DNA from: a virus
Lineage: Duplodnaviria; Caudoviricetes
Reading direction: 5' to 3' (one strand)
IMG/VR virus record: IMGVR_UViG_3300022895_000023
Span: 1-28,845 of that record
Length of the DNA: 28,845 nt
The notes under the pieces were generated by a model. That model ran no database searches. It was not told where the DNA came from and worked only from the letters and a program-made list of their open reading frames with translations. The position numbers and the translations under genes are program-made. Position 1 is the stretch's first letter, and each line of letters begins with the position of its first letter. Of this stretch, positions 9,401-17,955 are shown one piece after another.

Positions 9401-10360
9401 CTATTTTACTTTGATATTGCGGAATGCACCGGCTGCCTTGGAAGCCTTTAATGCGATTGCAGCATTCATTTCCACCTCGCCAGTCTTTACTGCTCCTGCT
9501 GTGGTAAAATCAGGAAGCCAGGTCTGTACCGGTGCCACACCTGCAAAGGAAACTCCATGGAGTCCGTCAAGTGCCAGCCTTGCCGCAAAAAGGGATGTGG
9601 TTCCTTTGGTTGCATCAATGCCTACTACTTCATTATTGGTTCCAGGCTTCGCTCCCAAATCCACGAAAGGAATATTTCCATAGGCTTCCACATTGGTTCC
9701 CCAGTCGCTCTTTGTTACCTGATACATGGAAGCTCGTCTTGCACAGGCCCTAAGCTTAGAGATCAGCTTGGTATTTCCGGCAATAAAAGATGGCTCTCCA
9801 TCAAGCCCTCGGAGGAATTCGTCAAGCATATCCAGGAAGTACTGGAAATTATCCGTTACCAGCTGGGATGTGGATAAATCAATGACTGATTCTCCAGCAT
9901 TATACTCCGTGGAGCTTCCAGCCAGAGCTTTTTCCAAACCGTCAAAAGCATTACTGTCCACAGCACTGTCACCGTTGATAAATGTATCATTAAATAATGC
10001 CTGAGCTGCTTTGATTTTCTGGGACTGCTGTAGCTCTACCTCAGATACGATACCGCCCATATTGGCAATCACACGGTCAATCTGATAAGATCCACCAAAT
10101 ACCTTGATATCAACAGAATGACGTTCCTTGGTGACCTCATGGGGCGTATATTCCTTGTTGATCTCACGGAACTGCGCCGTAGGCTGTGTTTTTAGTCTGG
10201 TGTAGGAATAAGTAGGGGTTGCTCCGCCTCCGGTCGGGGAAACGGCATCGTCAAAGGTGATATGATCCAGAATCCAGTTGGATTTTCTGAACTCATCAAT
10301 CACCCCGATCTGCAGGTCGTCCTGCACATTTTTTCTTGCTTCTTCTAACGTAATAGCCAT
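9401..10360 (-). CDS. Major capsid protein (319 aa)
   Basis: Follows the scaffold; FGGSYQIDR and FINGD...FDGL motifs; AAGGAG RBS. Confidence 0.9.
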   Translation of the reverse strand: MAITLEEARKNVQDDLQIGVIDEFRKSNWILDHITFDDAVSPTGGGATPTYSYTRLKTQPTAQFREINKEYTPHEVTKERHSVDIKVFGGSYQIDRVIANMGGIVSEVELQQSQKIKAAQALFNDTFINGDSAVDSNAFDGLEKALAGSSTEYNAGESVIDLSTSQLVTDNFQYFLDMLDEFLRGLDGEPSFIAGNTKLISKLRACARRASMYQVTKSDWGTNVEAYGNIPFVDLGAKPGTNNEVVGIDATKGTTSLFAARLALDGLHGVSFAGVAPVQTWLPDFTTAGAVKTGEVEMNAAIALKASKAAGAFRNIKVK

Positions 10361-10382
10361 AGTTCATTCATCTCCTTAAAAT

Positions 10383-10988
10383 TTATTTGGAAGGCATCTG
10401 CGCCTGAAGCTTTGCTTCAATGGCTGCTTTCATATCCACCTTACCTTCATCGGTTTTTGTTGTTACCTGGGTCTGTTGACCAGGAGCACCCAGAGGACGG
10501 AAACCCGCATTCTTTGCTGGTTCTGTCTTCTGCTCTTTAAATAAAAATGGTTTGGATTCCTTTATGGACTTCAATTGCTCCTCCAGGCCAGTGATCTTCC
10601 CATCATCGGAAAGAATCAGTTTGGATTTATCAAACAAGCCAGATACCAGATCTGCATCCTGGGCAGACTCACCAAGGGCCAGCTTAATGGCAGTGGAAAG
10701 TTTCAGCTCCTTCATATCTGCTTCGTTCTTTTCCATCACGGCTTTGTTTTCCGCCTGCAGGGTTTCAATTTGCTTTTGCAGTTCTGCATTGTCTCCACTG
10801 TTCTTCTTTAAGTCTTCCAGTTGCTTATCCCGATCTTTGATATCCTTTTCCAGCTGCCCCTTTACCTGATTGGCAGCTTCGTAGTCTGCTTTGGGAACAT
10901 AAGACTCCAGCTCCTTTTTAGACGCCTCTGCAGCTTTTGCGGCCTGTTCCTCACTGATTCCCAATGCAACAAATTCTTCTTTTTTCAT
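10383..10988 (-). CDS. Capsid scaffolding protein (GP20-like)
   Basis: Coiled-coil KDRDKQLEDLKK, GLEEQLKSIKESKPFLF. Likely start ATG 10988. Confidence 0.85.
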   Translation of the reverse strand: MKKEEFVALGISEEQAAKAAEASKKELESYVPKADYEAANQVKGQLEKDIKDRDKQLEDLKKNSGDNAELQKQIETLQAENKAVMEKNEADMKELKLSTAIKLALGESAQDADLVSGLFDKSKLILSDDGKITGLEEQLKSIKESKPFLFKEQKTEPAKNAGFRPLGAPGQQTQVTTKTDEGKVDMKAAIEAKLQAQMPSK

Positions 10989-11007
10989 GATCTCATCCTT
11001 TCCTTGC

Positions 11008-11038
11008 AATAAAATAACGCCCAGGAAGTCCTGCGCGC
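11008..11038 (-). terminator. Terminator-like hairpin just upstream of the scaffold RBS
   Basis: GCGCGCAGG-ACTT-CCTGGGCGT followed by TATTTTATT. Confidence 0.5.
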
Positions 11039-11060
11039 TTGATAGCTGTATTATTCAGTA

Positions 11061-11107
11061 GGTAGCTTCACCCCGCCACCCGGAGGGAGATAATTGGATC
11101 ACCTCCT
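11061..11107 (-). ncRNA. Candidate structured cis-regulatory RNA upstream of the scaffold gene
   Basis: AGGAGGTGATCCA (13-nt complement of the 16S 3' tail), anti-SD tract ATCTCCCTCC, hairpin GGTGGC/GCTACC with a GGGG loop. Confidence 0.45.
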
Positions 11108-11108
11108 A

Positions 11109-11380
11109 TTATTCTGCCGGTTCATAAGTAGCTTCGAAGATATCAGGCTTGCAAGGATAAAGTTCTCCTTTTACGCCCTTGATGATGTAGTCACCGACAG
11201 AAGCAGCCATTATCCCCTCCAATGTTTAATGTAACACTGGACATCAGGACACCCGATATTCCTAAACGATACCTCTCCTTTTTTGATGGCTTCCACAATC
11301 CATACCGGATCCTCTTCCTGATCGGGTCCTCCTGTCCACTTAAAAGCCTCAATTACCACAGGTTTCTTTCGATATTTCAT
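11109..11380 (-). pseudogene. Frameshifted small phage protein of the MKYRKKPVVIEA...GDYIIKG...YPCKPDIF family
   Basis: Two halves in different frames. Adding one A at 11225-11227 restores a 90-aa protein containing [36 protein letters not shown]. Confidence 0.8.
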
Positions 11381-11420
11381 TCCGTTCTCCCTTCTGTTGC
11401 GATATCACAACTTTTGAATA

Positions 11421-11454
11421 TAAAAATACCACCGGCCATTTTACTGACTGGTGG
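11421..11454 (-). terminator. Intrinsic terminator after the MuF gene and the small ORF
   Basis: CCACCAGTCA-GTAAAA-TGGCCGGTGG followed by TATTTTTA. Confidence 0.7.
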
Positions 11455-11599
11455 ATTCCTTCTTTTTCACATACTCTTCTATTTCTTCCTTTGACGGCAG
11501 GGGAATAAATACATTATCTGATTGAACAAATACAGTACCTTTGGGATATTCACTAAACGGCTTATCAACTTCACCAAATCTTACTCTTTTCTCCTCCAC
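11441..11599 (-). CDS. 52-aa ORF, candidate immunity protein for the MuF toxin domain
   Basis: Hand translation MEEKRVRFGEVDKPFSEYPKGTVFVQSDNVFIPLPSKEEIEEYVKKKESTSQ. GTG start 2 nt after the MuF stop; AAGGAGG upstream. Confidence 0.65.
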   Translation of the reverse strand: MEEKRVRFGEVDKPFSEYPKGTVFVQSDNVFIPLPSKEEIEEYVKKKESTSQ

Positions 11600-11601
11600 T
11601 C

Positions 11602-13194
11602 CTACCTGTCCTCCTTAAAATAAGTCAATCCAAATTTATCTGTTAACTGCTCTACTATTCGTTTTTGATATTCGATGGAATAGTCTTGATTATTATTAAT
11701 TCTACCTGACAAATATTCTTCATGCATATCCTTTTCCAGTGCTTTCTGAGTGGCTTCATACTCCTTGTACATCTTCTCTAATGTATTAATAGCCTCCGGC
11801 CATTCTTTGGGTTGTTTCAGTACATATATACCATCACGCCCAATGGCTCTCAACTCTGAAAGTCCAGTATCGCCAAGCATGCTAATGTCATCAGGAGAGA
11901 AGGTTGCTCCGCCAGGATGATTATGAGTTAAAACTCCATCTCTCATCAATGCTGCTTCTTCCGGGGTATAAACGATTTCGTGTTTCCCTCCGTGCTTCTT
12001 AAATAGCTTATTTCCGTAAGCGTCGTACAATATTCCATACTCACTCTTATGTCCGGCGATAGAAGCCTCATCCAACCTTCGCAGCTCAATGGCTTCCTGC
12101 GTCCATCTCTCTGTTTCCATTATATCAGTATTCCGATACTTAGCAAGTCGCTGTTTCCACTCTTTTTCTTTCTTACCATAATTCTTTTTGTTTTCAGGAT
12201 TAAGGGAATACTCAGCCAGCCGTCCAAACTTATCAACCTGCCTCTGGACATATTGCTGATCTTGTTCTTTTTTATAGCCCTTTTCAATAGCCCTAAGTTC
12301 CTCTTTTGTCCAGGTATCATCTGCGGTAGAAATACCTGGGAAGTATGTACTGTGGCTATCCTTACACCGTGGATGATATAGGCCTCTTGCCATTGCCGTA
12401 CTCATCAGAGGATACCTTCCATCAGAAACCTTTCCCCCGCTCCATACATCATCAATCAGGACCTTTCCTACAAAGGGGAGGCATTTGGGGCATGGATTCC
12501 CATGCTTTGCTACGATAACCGTACTGATTCCCCACTCCTGGCGTTTCTCTCCTTCTCCCTGTAGGTAGGCCCGTTTACTAGCCGTCCGGATTGCCATGTC
12601 TGCATAATCAGGCAGAGTATGACGGGCTCCGTTTTTGTACTCAATACAGTTAAGACCTCGTGAAAGCATATCCTTGGTCGCCATATCCACTGCTTTTTCA
12701 TAAGTACCGGCTCCGGAATTTGCATATACCTGGGCACTAAAAATAGCCTTACGATACTGGTCGTTTGCCATTCGCAAGACCGCTGTTTCTGCTTTCTTCA
12801 TATCATTACTGGTTGCCTTGATCAGAGCCTCCAGTTTCCGGGTATTCAGTTTGAAAAACTCTGCCTGCATGGCTGCCGAAGCGGGCTTATAGTTTTTAAA
12901 GCCATTCTTAATAGCCCGGAGGATCTGCTCCTCCTGCTTCATGCTTCCCTGCTGTCTGGCCTGCCAGATCAACTCTCCTATTTGAGCATTGATGCTTTTA
13001 AACTGTTTGCTGTACTTCTTCTGATTTTCCAGTTTATATTTTTCCAGAGCCTTAAGCTGTTCAGTCTGCCACATGGACCACTCGTAACATTCTTTAAGTT
13101 CTTCAGCTCGATGCCGGTCCATATTACGGATCATGGAAGAGATCAGTTCCTGTTCTATGGCCTCAAAGGCAGCCGCGATATCATACTCATTCAT
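11602..13194 (-). CDS. MuF-type minor capsid protein with a C-terminal JAB/MPN-like domain
   Basis: Follows the portal region; CPKC and GLYHPRCKDSH motifs of minor capsid proteins; extension with E...THNHPGGATFSPDD. Confidence 0.85.
   Translation of the reverse strand: MNEYDIAAAFEAIEQELISSMIRNMDRHRAEELKECYEWSMWQTEQLKALEKYKLENQKKYSKQFKSINAQIGELIWQARQQGSMKQEEQILRAIKNGFKNYKPASAAMQAEFFKLNTRKLEALIKATSNDMKKAETAVLRMANDQYRKAIFSAQVYANSGAGTYEKAVDMATKDMLSRGLNCIEYKNGARHTLPDYADMAIRTASKRAYLQGEGEKRQEWGISTVIVAKHGNPCPKCLPFVGKVLIDDVWSGGKVSDGRYPLMSTAMARGLYHPRCKDSHSTYFPGISTADDTWTKEELRAIEKGYKKEQDQQYVQRQVDKFGRLAEYSLNPENKKNYGKKEKEWKQRLAKYRNTDIMETERWTQEAIELRRLDEASIAGHKSEYGILYDAYGNKLFKKHGGKHEIVYTPEEAALMRDGVLTHNHPGGATFSPDDISMLGDTGLSELRAIGRDGIYVLKQPKEWPEAINTLEKMYKEYEATQKALEKDMHEEYLSGRINNNQDYSIEYQKRIVEQLTDKFGLTYFKEDR
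12119..12146 (-). promoter_or_regulatory. Internal sigma-A-like promoter at the MuF/extension junction
   Basis: TTGCTA-16 nt-TATAAT with extended -10 TG (TGATATAAT). Confidence 0.55.
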
Positions 13195-13198
13195 GCCG

Positions 13199-13420
13199 TC
13201 ACCTGCCGTTTGCCAAAACTTTATACCCTTGAGCCTTGAACTGCCGAGTGAGCTCTTTCAGCTGCGTAATACTTTTGCATTTATCACAACGGAGCTCCGC
13301 GTATTCCTTTTTCTCCACGGCGTAAATACCGAAAGGAACCTGCTCACTTGCTACCTTCAGGAGCCCTTGATACTCCGGCTGGCTCATTTTGTAAAGGCGG
13401 TTCATTACCTTCACTTTCAA
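13199..13420 (-). CDS. Small hypothetical phage protein (73 aa) overlapping the portal 3' end
   Basis: Fills the portal-MuF gap; basic, with CDKC. Confidence 0.65.
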   Translation of the reverse strand: MKVKVMNRLYKMSQPEYQGLLKVASEQVPFGIYAVEKKEYAELRCDKCKSITQLKELTRQFKAQGYKVLANGR

Positions 13421-14900
13421 GAATCTTCACCCCTTTCGTGTTTAATTCAGGTTCTTCTGTTTCAAAGATACCCTGCTCCTTCTTGATCCGCTTGACTTCC
13501 TCTGCCTTTTCGTCTTCCGTCAGAGTATCACCGTACATCTCATCTATGGATTTTTCTATGCTCATAACTCCACTGGTTCTGGCCTTGCTGACTGTCTCTA
13601 CAACAGAATCAAAGCCCGGGGCGGCATATTCTCCAAACTTGATAGAAACCTCATACTCTCCAGGAGCCTTTTCCTGCATATGGTCATAAGTCATCATAAT
13701 TTTACTTATCAGTTCTGGCAGAACCTTGCATAGTACCTTAACCAGCGTTCCTCTGGTGTGTGTGGTGATTTTCTCCTTTTCTCTTTGGCTTTCTGCATTG
13801 TCTGTCTTTTTCAGGTCAATACCAAGAGTAGATGGGGAAATGATACCCTGCAGGACCAGATCTAGAAAGGAGGAATAGCTGTTTAGATACGCTTCGTAGG
13901 AGATCTGAGGTTGGACCACCTCAATTTTATCGCTGTACCCTTCTTTCTTTACTGCTCCGATGGCTATGTAATCATTGTCAAACTCATTCGGTTCTATGAG
14001 CTTCCCGGTGTTCGGATCCCTGGGAACCATATCCTCTGGAATATATCGGTTCACTCTCCCTTTTCTTACTGCATCAAGCCACTGGCTGATTACTTCGTCC
14101 AAAGCGTCCAGATCGTCCGTCTTTCCTTCAAAGAGGGCTTTGCCTCGTCCCTTCCACTTGCTTGACGTGAAGAAGATAAGGGGTACACCCATGATGTAGT
14201 CGCCATCATAGGCAGTGTCTTCATAAATTGCTGTTTCCGAGAGGGTATTGAGTGGGACCTCTCCTCCTCCATCATCAAAGAGTTTATAAGTCACATATCC
14301 TATTCCGTAAGTTTCCTCTAAGCGGTATTCCTTTTCCCTGTTATCTGGATATGAGTAATTTGTTGAGAAGACAATCTCAACTAACCTGCCCCGTTGGTAT
14401 TTATACTCCACCCGGTCCGCTTCGTAAAATTCTATAATCGGGTATTTACTGACCTCATCAAGACTTATTTTAAAAGCACCGTCTCCAACTGATAGCGCAC
14501 CAGCCACCGCTTCACCCAGGAGTCCTTCAAAGTCGTTGTCCTTTGCGATCTCCTCCCATAAATCCTTAAGCGGCTGCACTTCTCCATTTTCTCCGAAACT
14601 GATATCATTAAGATCAGCTGTGATAATATCTTTGAATCGATCCACCACAATTCCCACAATACCGGAATGGATTTTTCTCACTTTCCGAAATGGAACAGAG
14701 GCCCAAAACCTAGCTTTAAATACATCGCAGTAAGCTGTCTGCTTAAAGAACTGTTCCAGCTCTGATGGATCCCCGCGGTACCAAATTTTATTTTTTAGCA
14801 CATTCCCTTGAAAAGAAAGGGGTTCCTTTATAACCACCTGCCTCTCTTTTGCTCCGACAATCTTAAGTAACTTGAAATACATATCTTTAAACCAACCCAC
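13344..14900 (-). CDS. Portal protein (518 aa)
   Basis: Immediately after the large terminase; GIISPSTLGID motif; size. Confidence 0.9.
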   Translation of the reverse strand: MGWFKDMYFKLLKIVGAKERQVVIKEPLSFQGNVLKNKIWYRGDPSELEQFFKQTAYCDVFKARFWASVPFRKVRKIHSGIVGIVVDRFKDIITADLNDISFGENGEVQPLKDLWEEIAKDNDFEGLLGEAVAGALSVGDGAFKISLDEVSKYPIIEFYEADRVEYKYQRGRLVEIVFSTNYSYPDNREKEYRLEETYGIGYVTYKLFDDGGGEVPLNTLSETAIYEDTAYDGDYIMGVPLIFFTSSKWKGRGKALFEGKTDDLDALDEVISQWLDAVRKGRVNRYIPEDMVPRDPNTGKLIEPNEFDNDYIAIGAVKKEGYSDKIEVVQPQISYEAYLNSYSSFLDLVLQGIISPSTLGIDLKKTDNAESQREKEKITTHTRGTLVKVLCKVLPELISKIMMTYDHMQEKAPGEYEVSIKFGEYAAPGFDSVVETVSKARTSGVMSIEKSIDEMYGDTLTEDEKAEEVKRIKKEQGIFETEEPELNTKGVKILESEGNEPPLQNEPAGVSRAPEGSK

Positions 14901-16295
14901 TTATGAACTCCTCCTTCCTGTTCCAATTTTCACCTCGTAAGGCAGCCATGCATACTGCACACTGTTTACCATGTGATCGTTCTTATCCTCTGGCGTATTG
15001 TCCTTATCTTCCAGCCAGCTGTATACTTCAAGCTCTCGGATATAGTTGGAGCAAGTGTCCACGATGTAGAAACACGGCCTTGATCCTGCGTCAGCAAACC
15101 AGTTCAACTGATTAATTATACGGTCGATGATCTGCTCTTTCTTCCATGCATCATTAAAATTATAGACACTGCCATTCAATCGCTTGTATTTTAAGAACTC
15201 TGTTATGGTTGCCTGATCCGCGGAATCAATGAAGGTATCTCTTGCAAATCCCCATTCATTCCGGTTGCGATCAAGGAAATCAATATAATTACGTACCGTA
15301 TCCGTAGGGGCCAGAGGTGTTCCCAGATCTGCGTTGTTGTAAACCTTCTCATCAAGTACATAACAATTCCCACGGTTTGTAATACCTATAAAACTCATGG
15401 AAATGGTATCCGGGGACTTCTGGGAGTAGGAAGTATCCAGACCAGCAGAAAAGTGTACAAACCATTCTGCCTGATGGCGATCATTCGGATTCCGGATAAA
15501 CTGTTTCGCGTAGTCCTTAGTTACCACATGTTTCTTCCGGTCAAAGTTGCTGAAGATCAGGCCGGTTGCCTTACCTCTTAGGCCCTCAATTTTGTTTTTC
15601 CATATCTTCGTACCTTTCGGCGTATTCCGGATAATATTTTCCAGCTTCTCCTTGGATAGACCCAAATTATGGGTAAAAGAAAAGAACCAATGCACCCAGC
15701 CGGGCTTTGGTTCCTCTTGTAATTCTTCTAGTATTTCTTTCGGTGTCTCGTCCTTCCACTCAGTAAGTGGCCGGGAACAGTTAATATACTCCTTGTAGAC
15801 TGGCAGGTTCGGATCATCAGGGTTAAGCGTTCCCATCAGGTAATCACAACGCATAGCAGATTCCCGTACAAACTCTATATCAGCTGTGTTGATCTCATCA
15901 ATATACAGACAGCCGTACTGTCCTCCAAGGGCCTTCTGCCATTTCTTCTTATCTCCGTAACCCATTACATAGATAATCTTATCGCCACTGGAAGTATGGA
16001 AGAGAATGTGAGGGATCTTATCATCTTTGGTTCCGTTGCCGTTGTACTCAGCTAGAACGCCAAAATCATCTATGATTCCAAGATCCTTATTAATGATATT
16101 CTTCTCTGCGGTTCCAGTATCCTTTGCGGCTATGATGTGCAGCTTCTTAGGGCTCTCTGCTACCTTAAGCATGAACTTAAACAGGCCTACCGTAGTCTTG
16201 CCCGCAGCCGTTGTCCCCTCTAAAAACTCCACCGGAGCATTACACTTTAGAAAGGCTTTGTACTTCTCTGACAGAAGTAGGCGTTCGTCACTCAT
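14901..16295 (-). CDS. terL: Terminase large subunit
   Basis: Walker A EGTTAAGKT, Walker B LYIDE, nuclease residues GLD, IDSAD and PEDKNDH. Confidence 0.95.
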   Translation of the reverse strand: MSDERLLLSEKYKAFLKCNAPVEFLEGTTAAGKTTVGLFKFMLKVAESPKKLHIIAAKDTGTAEKNIINKDLGIIDDFGVLAEYNGNGTKDDKIPHILFHTSSGDKIIYVMGYGDKKKWQKALGGQYGCLYIDEINTADIEFVRESAMRCDYLMGTLNPDDPNLPVYKEYINCSRPLTEWKDETPKEILEELQEEPKPGWVHWFFSFTHNLGLSKEKLENIIRNTPKGTKIWKNKIEGLRGKATGLIFSNFDRKKHVVTKDYAKQFIRNPNDRHQAEWFVHFSAGLDTSYSQKSPDTISMSFIGITNRGNCYVLDEKVYNNADLGTPLAPTDTVRNYIDFLDRNRNEWGFARDTFIDSADQATITEFLKYKRLNGSVYNFNDAWKKEQIIDRIINQLNWFADAGSRPCFYIVDTCSNYIRELEVYSWLEDKDNTPEDKNDHMVNSVQYAWLPYEVKIGTGRRSS

Positions 16296-16822
16296 TACCC
16301 ATCACCACCACGCATTTGATTGACCAGATCGTCAAGCTTGGTTTTTTCAGTCTCAAGGGTACCGGATACTTCCAGCTTATCCTTAAACATACCCAAGTGC
16401 CTACCGATCAGTTCCAGGGCCTTGCCCTTATCGTTCAGTTTGATCTCTATCCCATTAGCACCTTCTTTAATACCGGCAATGGCACCCATCTTATCTCCAG
16501 GCATTTCATCAGTGGTTTTCACTTGAACCGCCCTACGGATACCTTTGTTCTCAATCGTCACAAAATCTGTAACATCCGCAAAGCCGATCTTTGCAAGCTC
16601 CTTTAAAACCATGTCCTGAGTGATCTCAGTACGCTTCTCTCGGTCTTTCATGCGCTTCCGGATATAATCCTCAACCTTAGCATTTCTTAGCATTCTACTG
16701 CTATTAGCAGCTGCCGTTTCATCTTTCTTGACATTGGGATATGCTACCTTATAAGCCCTGGTGGCATTAAGATCTATCAGGTACTCATCTGCAAATACTT
16801 TCTGTTTGGCCGTCAATGCCAT
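16295..16822 (-). CDS. terS: Terminase small subunit
   Basis: LTAKQKVFADEYLIDLNATRAY and KALELIGRHLGMF motifs. Likely start ATG 16822 after GAGGTG. Confidence 0.95.
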   Translation of the reverse strand: MALTAKQKVFADEYLIDLNATRAYKVAYPNVKKDETAAANSSRMLRNAKVEDYIRKRMKDREKRTEITQDMVLKELAKIGFADVTDFVTIENKGIRRAVQVKTTDEMPGDKMGAIAGIKEGANGIEIKLNDKGKALELIGRHLGMFKDKLEVSGTLETEKTKLDDLVNQMRGGDG

Positions 16823-16862
16823 CAGTCTCACCTCACCTTCCAATCTGACTGTTTTTTACATT

Positions 16863-16922
16863 AAAAAAGAGACGGGGTTGCCGTCTCTGTGGGAAAGAAA
16901 AGAGGCACCGAAGGGGTGCCTC
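16863..16922 (-). terminator. Two tandem intrinsic terminators between the moron and terS
   Basis: GAGGCACC/GGTGCCTC (16902-16922) plus TTTTCTTT; AGAGACGG/CCGTCTCT (16868-16888) plus a T run. Confidence 0.8.
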
Positions 16923-16927
16923 AAAAT

Positions 16928-17509
16928 TCATAAAGCTCTTTTTAGATAATTACTTCTATACGTCTTATAATCCTTATCTATATCTTTTATAACGCTTAAT
17001 TTTTTATTCATTTTTTTTATAGTATTAGTACCAATTATTGATAAACTTTCAAAAATCTCAAATGCTCTTAATGCACTACCCAATATGAAATGTAATGGTT
17101 TAATAACTATAAGATAAAAAACAAATAATCGTATGTTTAGGCTTTTATAGAAATGAATGCTACTAACATTCATTGACTTTTGCAAAACTTCATATTCATT
17201 AATTAATTTATATACAGAGTCATAGTAACTTTTTACTTTTTCAGGCCTCCGTATAATGTTATTAATAAGTATGGAAAAATCATAATTATTTTTTATATAA
17301 TAAATTTCAAAATTAATATGATTAATCACAAAATTGTACTCTTTTGAGTTTTGATCTACTTCTCCTAGTGTTGCTGCCATCGCTACGCTATCACGAGCTT
17401 CATACATGCAGAATAAACGTTTATCCTCATGTGGTAAAAGAAAACAGTATTTAATTATAAGGAGTAGAATACAAATAAATAGCCATCCACTAGTGCTTAT
17501 CATGTTCAC
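16928..17509 (-). CDS. AT-rich accessory membrane protein (193 aa)
   Basis: Hydrophobic segments at the N-terminus and near the C-terminus; AGGAG RBS; overlaps the upstream stop (GTGA). Confidence 0.75.
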   Translation of the reverse strand: MNMISTSGWLFICILLLIIKYCFLLPHEDKRLFCMYEARDSVAMAATLGEVDQNSKEYNFVINHINFEIYYIKNNYDFSILINNIIRRPEKVKSYYDSVYKLINEYEVLQKSMNVSSIHFYKSLNIRLFVFYLIVIKPLHFILGSALRAFEIFESLSIIGTNTIKKMNKKLSVIKDIDKDYKTYRSNYLKRAL

Positions 17510-17955
17510 ACCTCCTGTTTTAATTTCACCAAACTTTTAGACGTTTTATGTTCTATTATTGGTGTGAAATTATCATCTTGCATATTATGTATTAACAAAC
17601 TTCTTATTTCAGATAATCTATCAATTTCTTTTTTATATATAAATTTTATACTTAAAATCAATAGACAAACAACAATTAGTAATAAAGCAATAATAGAACC
17701 TAATATTATTATAGTATTACTATTTGATTCAAAGACTTTTTCTATTATTTTTGTATCAATTAAAAAACTTTGATAATCGGTACCTGGTGGTAATCTACGA
17801 ATAAAAATGAAATCTCGGTAAACAATATATAAAATAACAATGCTGATTACCTTTTCAACTTTTAATAAATTTGAAAAACCACTTCCAATAGACATTATAA
17901 AATCAAAAAAGTTTGTACTTTTGATTTCAGGTTTTTTACTTTTGTTCTTGTTCAT
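17506..17955 (-). CDS. AT-rich accessory membrane protein (149 aa)
   Basis: Hydrophobic stretches VISIVILYIVY and IIILGSIIALLLIVVCLLILSI. Confidence 0.75.
   Translation of the reverse strand: MNKNKSKKPEIKSTNFFDFIMSIGSGFSNLLKVEKVISIVILYIVYRDFIFIRRLPPGTDYQSFLIDTKIIEKVFESNSNTIIILGSIIALLLIVVCLLILSIKFIYKKEIDRLSEIRSLLIHNMQDDNFTPIIEHKTSKSLVKLKQEV

Noticed and set aside
11095-11107. Plus-strand TGGATCACCTCCT identical to the 16S rRNA 3' end
   Set aside because: Only 13 nt with no flanking rRNA sequence. It is not an rRNA fragment and is better read as a minus-strand SD.
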